From an uncultured virus (IMG/VR IMGVR_UViG_3300023119_000021) (taxonomy: Duplodnaviria > Heunggongvirae > Uroviricota > Caudoviricetes > Crassvirales): 64,000 nt of DNA. The stretch lies in IMG/VR virus record IMGVR_UViG_3300023119_000021; one strand, 5' to 3'. Below are positions 37,161 through 46,974 of the stretch, in pieces (the stretch's first letter is position 1; every line of letters starts with the position of its first letter). Both the position numbers and the translations under genes were made by a program. Under the pieces are notes generated by a model, which was given only the letters and a program-made list of their open reading frames with translations, did not search any database and was not told where the DNA came from.

Positions 37161-38498
37161 ATGAGTGTAACTATTTCTGGAGTACAAGGTGCGTTAACAC
37201 CAGCTCCATCAAAGTCGACATTATCGACTAACTATTTAGGGTCAGCTATTGAGTTTACTTCTCAGTATCTACCTGATGTTTACGAAGCAGAGTTCGAAAA
37301 GTACGGTAACCGTTCTGTATCTTCTTTTTTAAGAATGGTAGGAGCTGAGATGCCTTTCCAATCTGACGTTATCCAATGGTCAGAGCAAGGTCGTCTTCAC
37401 TTGGCGGTTTCTGGTGCTACTCGTACAGCTGACGTTGTAACTTCAAATGGTCATCCTTTCCGTTTAAACCAAACAGTTATCATTTCTGACGGAACTAACC
37501 AAGACAAAGCTATCGTTACTGCAGTAACTACTAACACATTTGACTTAGCTTCTTACTCTGGAGCAAACTTGAATGCGTCTTTAGGAACTACTGGACTTAG
37601 CGTATTTGCTTTCGGTTCTGAATTTAAGAAAGGTACTGCTGGTATGAGCGGTTCTTTAGAGGCACCAAAAGACATCCAAACTACTACTCCTATCATCATC
37701 AAAGACAAATACGAAGTCAATGGTTCTGATATGGCACAGATCGGATGGATCGAGGTAACTACTGAGAACGGAGCTACTGGATACCTATGGTACTTGAAGT
37801 CTGAGCACGAAACAAGACTACGTTTCGAAGACTACATGGAGCTTTCTCTTATCGAAGGAGAACCAGCTGCAAGTGGATCAGGAGCTGAGACTGAAGGATA
37901 CAAAGGAACAAAAGGTTTATTCTACGAAATCGAAAACAGAGGTAACATTTCTACTGGATCTATTGCTGCACGTGGAGATATCGAAGAACTAATCAAAGTT
38001 TTAGATAAAGAAGGAGCTATTCAAGAGAATGTTCTTTTCGTTAACCGTACTAAATCTTTCGAGATTGACAAAGTATTAGCTGATCAAAACAACAGCGGTG
38101 CTTCTACAAGCTCTTATGGTTTATTCGACAACGATGAAGAAATGGCTATTAGCTTAGGATTCAAAGGGTTCAACTTAGGATACGACTTCTACAAAACTGA
38201 CTGGAAATACTTAAACGATGCTACTACTGGAGCCTTAACTTCTGCTGTAGATGGTGTATTAGTACCTGCTGGTACAACTACTATCTACGATCAAGTATTA
38301 GGTAAGAACGCTGTTCGTCCTTTCTTGCACGTGAAGTATAGAAAATCAGAAGCTGAAGATCGCAAGTACAAATCTTGGATTACTGGTTCTGCTGGTAATG
38401 CTGGAATGACAAGCGACTTAGACGCTATGGAAGTTCACTTCTTAAGTGAAAGAGCGCTTTGTGTACACGGAGCTAACAACTTTATCTTAATGAAGTAA
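37161..38498 (+). CDS. Major capsid protein
   Basis: 445 aa with highly biased codons; QYLPDVYE.EFEKYGNR, WSEQGRLH; followed by a strong terminator. Confidence 0.88.
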   Translation: MSVTISGVQGALTPAPSKSTLSTNYLGSAIEFTSQYLPDVYEAEFEKYGNRSVSSFLRMVGAEMPFQSDVIQWSEQGRLHLAVSGATRTADVVTSNGHPFRLNQTVIISDGTNQDKAIVTAVTTNTFDLASYSGANLNASLGTTGLSVFAFGSEFKKGTAGMSGSLEAPKDIQTTTPIIIKDKYEVNGSDMAQIGWIEVTTENGATGYLWYLKSEHETRLRFEDYMELSLIEGEPAASGSGAETEGYKGTKGLFYEIENRGNISTGSIAARGDIEELIKVLDKEGAIQENVLFVNRTKSFEIDKVLADQNNSGASTSSYGLFDNDEEMAISLGFKGFNLGYDFYKTDWKYLNDATTGALTSAVDGVLVPAGTTTIYDQVLGKNAVRPFLHVKYRKSEAEDRKYKSWITGSAGNAGMTSDLDAMEVHFLSERALCVHGANNFILMK

Positions 38499-38506
38499 TA
38501 TTAATT

Positions 38507-38538
38507 AGGGGGATGGGATTCCTGTCCCCCTTTTTTTT
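38507..38538 (+). terminator. Intrinsic terminator
   Basis: AGGGGGATGGG-ATT-CCTGTCCCCCT plus T-run. Confidence 0.9.
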
Positions 38539-38560
38539 AATTTAATCTAATTCTAATAAA

Positions 38561-39319
38561 ATGGCAAAAAAGAATACGGCTACCCAGCCACAATGGGAAG
38601 TAAAGGATAGAATATATATCCTATCAAATAACAGAACACCTGTTAACTATATATTACGTTCAAGACATCACTTGAACAAACCACTACAACATTTTGACGG
38701 AACAATGACACGCTCACTGCGTTTTGCATCTAATCAAACTTCAGTGTTTGAAGACGAGCAATACGGAGATGTTACGCTACCAGCTATCGTATTTAAGGAC
38801 GGTAAGCTTGTTGTGCCAAAAGAGCAAGTTTTATTGCAGCAGTTCTTGTCTTTGTATCACCCTGACAAAGGTTCAGAATACGAAGAGTTTGACCCTAACA
38901 AAACAGCAGAGGTAGAGATTGCTTCTGAAGAAGAAAAACTTGACGCTCAGCTAATTGTTCGTGAAATGGACATTGAAGATCTTGAAGCTATTGCTCGTGT
39001 AGCATTAGACGGAAGAGTTTCTGATATGACATCTAAGGAGATTAGAAGAGATATGCTCGTATACGCAAGAAAGAACCCTAAAGAGGTTATGGACTTAGCT
39101 GAAGACGAAAATATCAAACTTAGAAATGTCGCTGTACGTGCAGTTGAGATGGGCGTTATCTTTATTAAAGACGACAACAGAACTGTATGCTGGAATAATA
39201 AGACAAAGGATAAGATTGTGACTGTTCCTTTTGGTGAGAATGTATATTCAGCACTTGGGTCTTATTTCAAAACAGATGACGGATTAGATGTTTTACAAGG
39301 CATCACTAATAAACTATAG
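38561..39319 (+). CDS. Conserved virion-region protein
   Basis: 252 aa downstream of the capsid gene. Confidence 0.75.
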   Translation: MAKKNTATQPQWEVKDRIYILSNNRTPVNYILRSRHHLNKPLQHFDGTMTRSLRFASNQTSVFEDEQYGDVTLPAIVFKDGKLVVPKEQVLLQQFLSLYHPDKGSEYEEFDPNKTAEVEIASEEEKLDAQLIVREMDIEDLEAIARVALDGRVSDMTSKEIRRDMLVYARKNPKEVMDLAEDENIKLRNVAVRAVEMGVIFIKDDNRTVCWNNKTKDKIVTVPFGENVYSALGSYFKTDDGLDVLQGITNKL

Positions 39320-39341
39320 CGTTTCCACCTGACGCTATGAC

Positions 39342-39377
39342 GAGAGGGGAGTTGCGAAAGTGACTCCTCTTTTTTTT
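39342..39377 (+). terminator. Intrinsic terminator
   Basis: GAGAGGGGAGTTGC-GAAA-GTGACTCCTCT plus T-run; preceded by the small hairpin TAGCGT..ACGCTA. Confidence 0.85.
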
Positions 39378-39401
39378 GTATTTTTGTGGAAAGAATTAAT
39401 A

Positions 39402-40091
39402 ATGATAGATCACGTTAGAAGAACGGTTTTAAGTGTCCTTAACAAAGAGAATAGAGGTACGTTGACAGTGTCTCAATTCAACTCTTACGCTAAGCATGCA
39501 CAACAATTACTGTTTGATCAATATTTTTCAGAGTATGCACGATTGAATACCATGAAGAATGCAAGAAGATTATCAAGAGATCAAGGAGACAAGCTTGCTA
39601 TTCTAAGATCTAACATTGATAAGTTTATGAAGACTACAAGTCAAGGGATTACAAATACCTATGTACAGAAGCCTACAGACCTATACACACCTATATCTTT
39701 AGTATACAGCGGTAAGATTATGGAGTATGTGCCTAAGCACAAAGAGACTTACTTAGAGTCTTCTAATATCGCTGGACCATCAGCACTTTATCCAGGATAC
39801 TGTGATGAAAACGACTACTGGTATGTGAAGCCAAGTACATTGACTGGAGAAGTAGATATAAACTACATTAGAACTTTAGCAGACCCTAACTGGACTTACA
39901 CTGTTGTTGGTGAAAACGTACTACACAATCCATCAGCTGCAGACTTTCAAGATTTTGAGTTAGGTCCAGACGATATGACAAGTCTTGTTATTGAGATACT
40001 CAAACTTTCTGGAGTTACAATCAGAGAAGCGGAGGTTGCTCAAGCAGCAGCTCAGATAGATGCTGTTGAAACACAAAAAGAAAATACTTAA
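39402..40091 (+). CDS. Head-tail adaptor/ring protein (putative)
   Basis: Start ATG 39402 after TATTTTTG; VLNKENRG.LT..QFN motif; position. Confidence 0.65.
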   Translation: MIDHVRRTVLSVLNKENRGTLTVSQFNSYAKHAQQLLFDQYFSEYARLNTMKNARRLSRDQGDKLAILRSNIDKFMKTTSQGITNTYVQKPTDLYTPISLVYSGKIMEYVPKHKETYLESSNIAGPSALYPGYCDENDYWYVKPSTLTGEVDINYIRTLADPNWTYTVVGENVLHNPSAADFQDFELGPDDMTSLVIEILKLSGVTIREAEVAQAAAQIDAVETQKENT

Positions 40092-40094
40092 TAG

Positions 40095-40952
40095 ATGGCA
40101 CTAACAGATCAACAATATTACAGCGATAGCGCCAACTGGGGAGATAACCAGTTTGTTCTATTAAAAGACATTATCAATAACTTCAATGCATTTTATGTAG
40201 GGGATGATAAAATAATTAATGACGTTCAGCGTTATGATGTTGTGTTTCATGCAAAGAGAGGTCTACAAGAGCTTCATTACGATGCTTTAAAGGACGTTAG
40301 AGCGCTTGAATTAGAACTTCCTGATGATTTACAGCTTGAGCTTCCAAAAGACTTTGTAAGGCTTGTTAGACTGTCTTGGGTGGACGATAGGGGTAGGCTG
40401 CATCCTATGATGATGGACACAGAAACCACTATTGCAAAGGCATACCTTCAGGATGACAACTACAACATTATATTTGACAATGACGGTGCAGCTACAGAGG
40501 GTACTTCTGTAATCGACACAAAGTTATCACAAGTTCAAAGCGTAGATAATGATACATTCACAAACCTTGATTATGAGTTTTTTGGAGGTAGATTTGGAAT
40601 GGCTACAGAGAAAACTAATGTCAATGGCAAATACAATATCGACAAGAACTTAGGATATATTAGATTCAGTTCTGAGGTTAAAGGAAAGGCTATTGTTATA
40701 GAATATATTACGGATGGTTTAGAGTACCTTACAGAAGACGAATTAAAAGTGAATAAGCTTGCTGAAGACTTTTTATATAAATATATTGCATATCAAATAA
40801 TTCAATACAAGTTTGGCGTTCAAGAATACATTGTTAGACGAATGAAGAATGAACAATTTGCAGCAATGAAGAACATGAAAATCAGAATGATGGATATACA
40901 CCCATTCGATTTAGTTCATGCATTCAGAGGACGTAACAAGTGGATTAAATAA
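40095..40952 (+). CDS. Tail ring/tubular protein (putative)
   Basis: FHAKRGLQE..YD, LPKDFVRLVR, IEYITDG; position before the nozzle gene. Confidence 0.65.
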   Translation: MALTDQQYYSDSANWGDNQFVLLKDIINNFNAFYVGDDKIINDVQRYDVVFHAKRGLQELHYDALKDVRALELELPDDLQLELPKDFVRLVRLSWVDDRGRLHPMMMDTETTIAKAYLQDDNYNIIFDNDGAATEGTSVIDTKLSQVQSVDNDTFTNLDYEFFGGRFGMATEKTNVNGKYNIDKNLGYIRFSSEVKGKAIVIEYITDGLEYLTEDELKVNKLAEDFLYKYIAYQIIQYKFGVQEYIVRRMKNEQFAAMKNMKIRMMDIHPFDLVHAFRGRNKWIK

Positions 40953-43900
40953 TGAAAATACAAAACCTATTTACATCTGGTAAGATGAATAAGGATCTCG
41001 ATGAGAGACTTGTTCCTCAAGGAGAATACAGAGACGCATTAAACGTTAGAGTTGCTAATTCAACAGGATCTGACGTAGGGGCTATTGAAAACGCTTTATC
41101 TAACAGCGCATTAACTTCCTTAGAACTAGGGTCTAACGCTGCTTGTATTGGAGCTGTATCAGATGATGAAGATAGAATTATATATTGGTTTGTTAAGTCA
41201 GATACAGGTAGCTATATATGCTATTATGATGAAAAAATACAAGAGTCAGGTTTTATTCTTAGTGATACTAGACTGCTTACTAATGAGAATCCGAAAGAGA
41301 GTGTATTGAACTTCAATCAGTCTTATATGATAGAAGGCAACATTCTTACTGATGCCGACAATCTTAAGAAGTTTCTTTACTTTACCGATGGATTTAATCC
41401 GCCTAGAAAAATAAACATAGCAAGAGCCAAGTCTCTAGATCCAAATAGTTTTGAAGATGAAGATATCAATGTTATCGTAAAACCGCCTTTATTTTCTCCT
41501 TCATTAAAAAACGCAACTAATGACCAAGACTTAGATGAGAACAATCTAAAAGAAAAGATACTCATGTTTGCTTACAGGTATGTGTATCTTGATGAGGAGA
41601 AGAGTGCTTTGTCTCCATTTTCTGAAATTGGGTTTCTCCCAAAATCTTTTTCTTACGACTTTATAGGAGCCATCAATCATTCGATGGAAAATAACTATAA
41701 CGCAATAGACGTAAAATACAATACAGGTAGTCATTTAGTTAAAAAAATAGACATTGTCTTTAAGGAGTCTGGAAATAACAATATATATCTAGCTGCAACT
41801 ATAGATAAGGCAGAGAAAAAATATGACAACGATTCTAACCAGATATTTAGCTTCAAGAACAATAGCATATACAAAGTATTGCCAGAAGACGAAATATATA
41901 GACTGTATGACAATGTTCCTTTGACAGCTAAAACGCAGGAAATAATCAGCAATAGACTTGTATACGGTAACTATACAGAAAACTTCAATCTAACCGATTC
42001 AGATGGCAATGAAGTGATACTGGACTTAGATGCAGATTATGAATTTTCTGGCTCTGATAATGACGACCCTAAACCTACGGCTAGAAGCGGTAGGGATTAC
42101 GAAATAGGGGTGGTTTACTTAGACGATTACGGCAGGTCAACAACAACTATCTTAAGCGACAATAATCACACCTTTGTACCGCATTCTTTGTCTACATATC
42201 AGAACGAACTGACAGCGACTATATCTAGTAAAGCGCCTAGTTTTGCTAAGTATTACAGATTTTTTGTAAAGCAAACGCAAGAAAACGATTATCATGTAAT
42301 AAGTCCTATAACAATTTACGATGATTCTGACTATACTTGGATAAGACTAGAAGGTGATGACGTTCAAAAAATTGGTAATCAAGAATACTTGATAGTAAAG
42401 GCAGACCTATCTGGACCGAAGGCAAACGAAATAAAAGTAAAAATACTAGACAAAGGCGTAAAGAGTAAAAACTTTCTAGAGGATTCAAGCTACACAGGAC
42501 CAACTCAACAAGAATCTGGATATTACATTAAAATAAATGGATACAATGTTGATATAAATGAGACTTCTTACACCAAATACTTAATTAGTGATTTCGATGT
42601 ATCTTCAAATGATTACAGCACAAAGTTTAGCGGTCAAGCAACTAGCTATATAGAAGGACCTTTCTTTTACACTTTAGAGGACGAGGCTGTTAAAACTCTT
42701 ACAGTAAATAGCACCTATAGCGGAACTTGCGATAGAAGATATGAGATAAAAATACAAGAATCTGGAACGACAGATAAGTTTGTATGGAGGGGATGGGATA
42801 TAAATCAAAATAGCAAAGGAGCATGGTCTTCTCAAATAGATTGCTCTACATCTCCAATAACGTTAGACACTGGAATAACTGTATCTTTTGGGGTGACTAC
42901 TGGTCACTTAGTTGGAGATAAATTTACATTCAACTATAAAACAGACATAACGACTACAGAAAACGGATTTAATGATTTCGATCAGAGAACGTATATTACT
43001 TTACCTGGCTTCCCTGTCAATGACGAGAGTATTACTCCAGGAAGTAAAATAGCACTGTACTATAAGGAGTATAAGGGAGTAAATGAAAAGGAAATAGTTG
43101 TAGAGGTTGATGATGTTTACTATTCTGTAAACGAATATTCAAATATAGAGGAATGGTATTGGGAAGAAGGATACGATCAGATAATACAAAGTGATTTAGT
43201 GCCAGACGAAAATATCAGATTTAGAAGAGGTATATATACTGACTCTACAGATTCTGATAACACTTTTCAAATTACAGGGGCATCTACAGATAAGCTGTCT
43301 ATGATAATAGAATCTAGAGCAGAACAGCCTGATGGATTCGCTGGACTTGGAAAAATCGTAAATAAAAGAGCTTACGCTACTGCTGAGATGAGTATTTTAA
43401 AAAGAGGTACTGACTCTTTCGTTGTTTTGGAGACAATTCCAAGCAAAACAAACGCAGACGTTTTTTACGAAATACCAGGAACTTATGAGATAAACGATTG
43501 TGGATATCATTTAGGAATAAAGGGAAGGGATGTTGACCAAACATTTAACACTTCAGCTAAAATATATCTAAACTTTTTTAACGCATATACTTTTAGCAAT
43601 GGATTTGAATGCTACAAAATCAGAGATGCTTTTATATCTGACTCTATTAGTATTAAAAACAGACCATTAAGTTATGTAGAAAATTACAGAAAGAACAATA
43701 GAGTTTGTTCTGTAACATATTCTGATGTATATGAGCAATCCACAAATTACAATGGTCTGAATGAGTTTAACTTAGCCAAAGTAAACTACATAGATTTGGA
43801 TGATGAATATGGATCTATACAGAAAATACACTCAAGAGATACAAATCTCATTGTTTTCCAGGATAATAAAGTAAGCCAGTTGTTATATAACAAATCTGTT

Positions 43901-45169
43901 ATATATAATGCCGATGGAAGCGGAAATGTATCTCAGAATTTAAACATATTTGGTCAACAGATCCCTTTTGTTGGAGAGTATGGTATATCAAAAAACCCAC
44001 ATTCTTTTTCAAGTTGGGCAAGTAGAATGTATTTTGCTGACGAAAGAAGAGGAGCTGTACTTAGGCTAAGTCAAAATGGAATCACGGAGATATCTCAATA
44101 TGGTATGCGTGATTGGTTTAGAGATAACTTAAAAACAGAAAATAAAAATGTAATCGTAGGGGGATACGATCCTTTTACTGGTCAATATGTATTGTCTATA
44201 AAAAATCCTGTAGAAGAATGGAGAGAAGATGCCTTTGAGTGTGACCAATCTTCTTGTGATTTGGAGGCAATTATATATCAGAAAACAACTACTACAACAA
44301 CAACAAGCACTACGACTACGACAACTACTACAGCAGCGCCTTCAACTACGTTAACTCTATATGCTGACGTTTCTACTAGTACAAATCCACTGCAAGGATG
44401 GGGATCTAGTACTGATGCTTGCGCTGGAACTGGGACACCTATAACTGTATATCTATCTACAGCAGCTTCTTCTTTACAACAAGCATACACGAACGGATAT
44501 ACACTATATTTAGATTCTGGATTAACAACTCCTTACGCTGGAAACAATACGTATTTTAAAGATGTAAGTTCTCCAGACTCAGGAAATTCATTGCAAGTTG
44601 GTAATGATGGAGCTATAGCTACATTTAGCGCTTGTCCAGCACCACCACCACCCCCAATTCAATTAGATTTATATATGTCTAGTCTAAATTCTGGCGGATG
44701 GACACAGTCTGGTTTAGCTTGTGCAGGAGAAGGAGTGTTGACAACAGTATATATAGACGGAAGTTCTAACGCTACTAATCTTTATCAAGCATATCAAAAT
44801 CAAGATGTTCTTTACGGAGATAGTAATTTAAGCGTTCCTTTTATAGGTCAAAATTCATATTTCAAAACAGTTTCTACGGCTAGTGCTGGTAGTGCTGTAA
44901 AAATAACTAGTGGAGGATTAATATCTGATTATCAAGATTGTGCTCCTGGAACAACTGAGCCTCCGACAGGTTCTTACAATCTATTCTTCTGTGATACAGG
45001 CATAGGAGCTGGATTGAGAGTATTGGATGATGGAAATATTGATCCAGGAATGGTAATAGAACATAATGGAATTTGCTACATTGTAGATACGTATTCTAAC
45101 ATAACAGCAGGAGCATTTAGTGACTACACAGATTATTCGGATTGTCAAGAATGTCTAGATAATTTATAA
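40952..45169 (+). CDS. Tail nozzle/stabilisation protein (P22 gp10-like), N-terminal part, with Thr tract and Cys modules appended
   Basis: KMNKDLDERLVPQGEYRDALN, FTDGFNPPRKIN, YGISKNP.SF, GGYDPF..YVLS; then poly-Thr at 44285-44332. Confidence 0.8.
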   Translation: MKIQNLFTSGKMNKDLDERLVPQGEYRDALNVRVANSTGSDVGAIENALSNSALTSLELGSNAACIGAVSDDEDRIIYWFVKSDTGSYICYYDEKIQESGFILSDTRLLTNENPKESVLNFNQSYMIEGNILTDADNLKKFLYFTDGFNPPRKINIARAKSLDPNSFEDEDINVIVKPPLFSPSLKNATNDQDLDENNLKEKILMFAYRYVYLDEEKSALSPFSEIGFLPKSFSYDFIGAINHSMENNYNAIDVKYNTGSHLVKKIDIVFKESGNNNIYLAATIDKAEKKYDNDSNQIFSFKNNSIYKVLPEDEIYRLYDNVPLTAKTQEIISNRLVYGNYTENFNLTDSDGNEVILDLDADYEFSGSDNDDPKPTARSGRDYEIGVVYLDDYGRSTTTILSDNNHTFVPHSLSTYQNELTATISSKAPSFAKYYRFFVKQTQENDYHVISPITIYDDSDYTWIRLEGDDVQKIGNQEYLIVKADLSGPKANEIKVKILDKGVKSKNFLEDSSYTGPTQQESGYYIKINGYNVDINETSYTKYLISDFDVSSNDYSTKFSGQATSYIEGPFFYTLEDEAVKTLTVNSTYSGTCDRRYEIKIQESGTTDKFVWRGWDINQNSKGAWSSQIDCSTSPITLDTGITVSFGVTTGHLVGDKFTFNYKTDITTTENGFNDFDQRTYITLPGFPVNDESITPGSKIALYYKEYKGVNEKEIVVEVDDVYYSVNEYSNIEEWYWEEGYDQIIQSDLVPDENIRFRRGIYTDSTDSDNTFQITGASTDKLSMIIESRAEQPDGFAGLGKIVNKRAYATAEMSILKRGTDSFVVLETIPSKTNADVFYEIPGTYEINDCGYHLGIKGRDVDQTFNTSAKIYLNFFNAYTFSNGFECYKIRDAFISDSISIKNRPLSYVENYRKNNRVCSVTYSDVYEQSTNYNGLNEFNLAKVNYIDLDDEYGSIQKIHSRDTNLIVFQDNKVSQLLYNKSVIYNADGSGNVSQNLNIFGQQIPFVGEYGISKNPHSFSSWASRMYFADERRGAVLRLSQNGITEISQYGMRDWFRDNLKTENKNVIVGGYDPFTGQYVLSIKNPVEEWREDAFECDQSSCDLEAIIYQKTTTTTTTSTTTTTTTTAAPSTTLTLYADVSTSTNPLQGWGSSTDACAGTGTPITVYLSTAASSLQQAYTNGYTLYLDSGLTTPYAGNNTYFKDVSSPDSGNSLQVGNDGAIATFSACPAPPPPPIQLDLYMSSLNSGGWTQSGLACAGEGVLTTVYIDGSSNATNLYQAYQNQDVLYGDSNLSVPFIGQNSYFKTVSTASAGSAVKITSGGLISDYQDCAPGTTEPPTGSYNLFFCDTGIGAGLRVLDDGNIDPGMVIEHNGICYIVDTYSNITAGAFSDYTDYSDCQECLDNL

Positions 45170-45178
45170 TAAAAAGTA

Positions 45179-46051
45179 ATGGCAAACAGAACGGTTGTAA
45201 TAAAAGGTAAAAATGTTGGTCTAGATATCAATAGGATAGCTATATACAGAAATTCAATTAATCCAGACAACTTAGTATCGATAGTAACTAAGGCTGCATT
45301 TATGTCTGGGTACGAATTTGAGGATGACGATTCCCAAGATCAATATGTTTGTCAATGTGATGACCCATGCAAAACTGTTGTTAACTTATTTTTAAGAGAG
45401 AAAAATTATCCTCCTACCGTTAATATAACTGGCGCAACTAGTGCTTTAGTTGGATCTAACATAACATTGACAGCTACTGCAACAGATCCGAATGGAGATG
45501 TCGTTACTTACGAATGGAACGATGGAACTACAAGTTCAACAAATTCTGTAACCTCTGGTTCAGCTGGGGATGTAAACTATAGTGTTGTTGCTACGGATGT
45601 AGTTGGTGATTGGGGAAATGACAGTCATACAGTAAATTGGTATACAACAACAACAACAACCACAGCTGCACCAACAACTACAACTACCACATCAGCTCCA
45701 ACAACCACAACAACCACTTCTGGTGGAGGTGGAGGTGGAACCACAACAACTACCACTACAGTAGATCCTGGAACAACGACTACTACGACTACAACAACTA
45801 CCACAACAACGACAACTACAACTTCAGCGCCAACAACTACAACAACAACGTGCTTGAATTGTACTCAATACACAATAACTAATGCTGGATCTAACTTTAT
45901 GTCATTCTCGTATACAGATTGCTCAAGTCTTAATACGCTAGGTGTTAGTTTAGGTGCTGGTAGTTCTCAAACATTCTGTTCTTGTACTTATCCAAGTCAA
46001 ACGTCTGGAGACAGCAATTACAATATTCAAGATCAAGGAATCTGTCCATAA
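45179..46051 (+). CDS. Ig/PKD-like domain protein with a long poly-Thr tract
   Basis: PPTVNITG..TLTATATDPNGD..TYEW (Ig-like); about 69-residue Thr-rich tract at 45644-45850; Cys-rich C-terminal module. Confidence 0.8.
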   Translation: MANRTVVIKGKNVGLDINRIAIYRNSINPDNLVSIVTKAAFMSGYEFEDDDSQDQYVCQCDDPCKTVVNLFLREKNYPPTVNITGATSALVGSNITLTATATDPNGDVVTYEWNDGTTSSTNSVTSGSAGDVNYSVVATDVVGDWGNDSHTVNWYTTTTTTTAAPTTTTTTSAPTTTTTTSGGGGGGTTTTTTTVDPGTTTTTTTTTTTTTTTTTSAPTTTTTTCLNCTQYTITNAGSNFMSFSYTDCSSLNTLGVSLGAGSSQTFCSCTYPSQTSGDSNYNIQDQGICP

Positions 46052-46068
46052 AATGAAAATTAAATTAA

Positions 46069-46974
46069 ATGAAATACATATGCGCTCAACCTGCTACGAA
46101 ATATTATGCGTGGCAGATAGACACGATGCTTCATAGTTTTAGGACCACTGGAGTTAATTTAGACGATGTTCATATAGTTTGCGCAATACATGGAGAAATA
46201 GACCCATACTTTGACAAGCTTATGAAGAAGTATACTGGAGTGTTGTTTTCTTTTTATGAGGATACACGATACGACAAAACATATATATCTTCCATAAGAC
46301 CTCATATCTTAAAAAAACACTTTAAGGCTTTTCCTGATTTAGAGGGAGAAACATTTTTTTATCATGATTGTGATATAGTTTTTACAAAACCATTGCCTTT
46401 AGAAAATATTATTGATAACGATATCACGTATTTATCAGATACAATATCATACATAGGATATAGCTATATAAAATCTAAAGGGGATGATGTTCTACAGAAG
46501 ATGCTTCATATTGTGGGAATAGACGAGGCTACTGTAAAAAAGAATCAAGAAAACTCTGGAGGAGCACAATATTTAATCAAAGGAGTTGATAAGTATTTTT
46601 GGCATGATGTCGAAAAAGATTCCACTACACTGTTTAAAGATATAACAGAACTTAATATAGAGAAAAAAGCCAAAGACCCAACTCACCATGAAATACAAAT
46701 ATGGTGTGCGGATATGTGGGCTGTTTTGTGGAATATATGGAAAAGAAACATGGAAACAAAAGTTGTGAAGGAGCTAGATTTTTCTTGGTCAGTAACTCCT
46801 ATAGGGGAATGGCACAAAAGAGCTATATATCATAATGCTGGTGTAGTAAATAGTTCAACTGGTATGTTCTACAAGGGTGATTACTTAAATGATTTGCCAA
46901 ATTTAAACTTAGAAATATCTCCTAAAAAATGCTCTTATAATTATTACAAAATAATCCAATCGGCTCTAATATGA
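46069..46974 (+). CDS. GT-A glycosyltransferase, resembling peptide O-glycosyltransferases of the SGT1 (GT96)/HPAT (GT95) type
   Basis: DxD motif YHDCDIVF; YYAWQ..MLHSF; Y..SIRP; GGAQYLI; WCADMWA; IYHNAG. Confidence 0.7.
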   Translation: MKYICAQPATKYYAWQIDTMLHSFRTTGVNLDDVHIVCAIHGEIDPYFDKLMKKYTGVLFSFYEDTRYDKTYISSIRPHILKKHFKAFPDLEGETFFYHDCDIVFTKPLPLENIIDNDITYLSDTISYIGYSYIKSKGDDVLQKMLHIVGIDEATVKKNQENSGGAQYLIKGVDKYFWHDVEKDSTTLFKDITELNIEKKAKDPTHHEIQIWCADMWAVLWNIWKRNMETKVVKELDFSWSVTPIGEWHKRAIYHNAGVVNSSTGMFYKGDYLNDLPNLNLEISPKKCSYNYYKIIQSALI

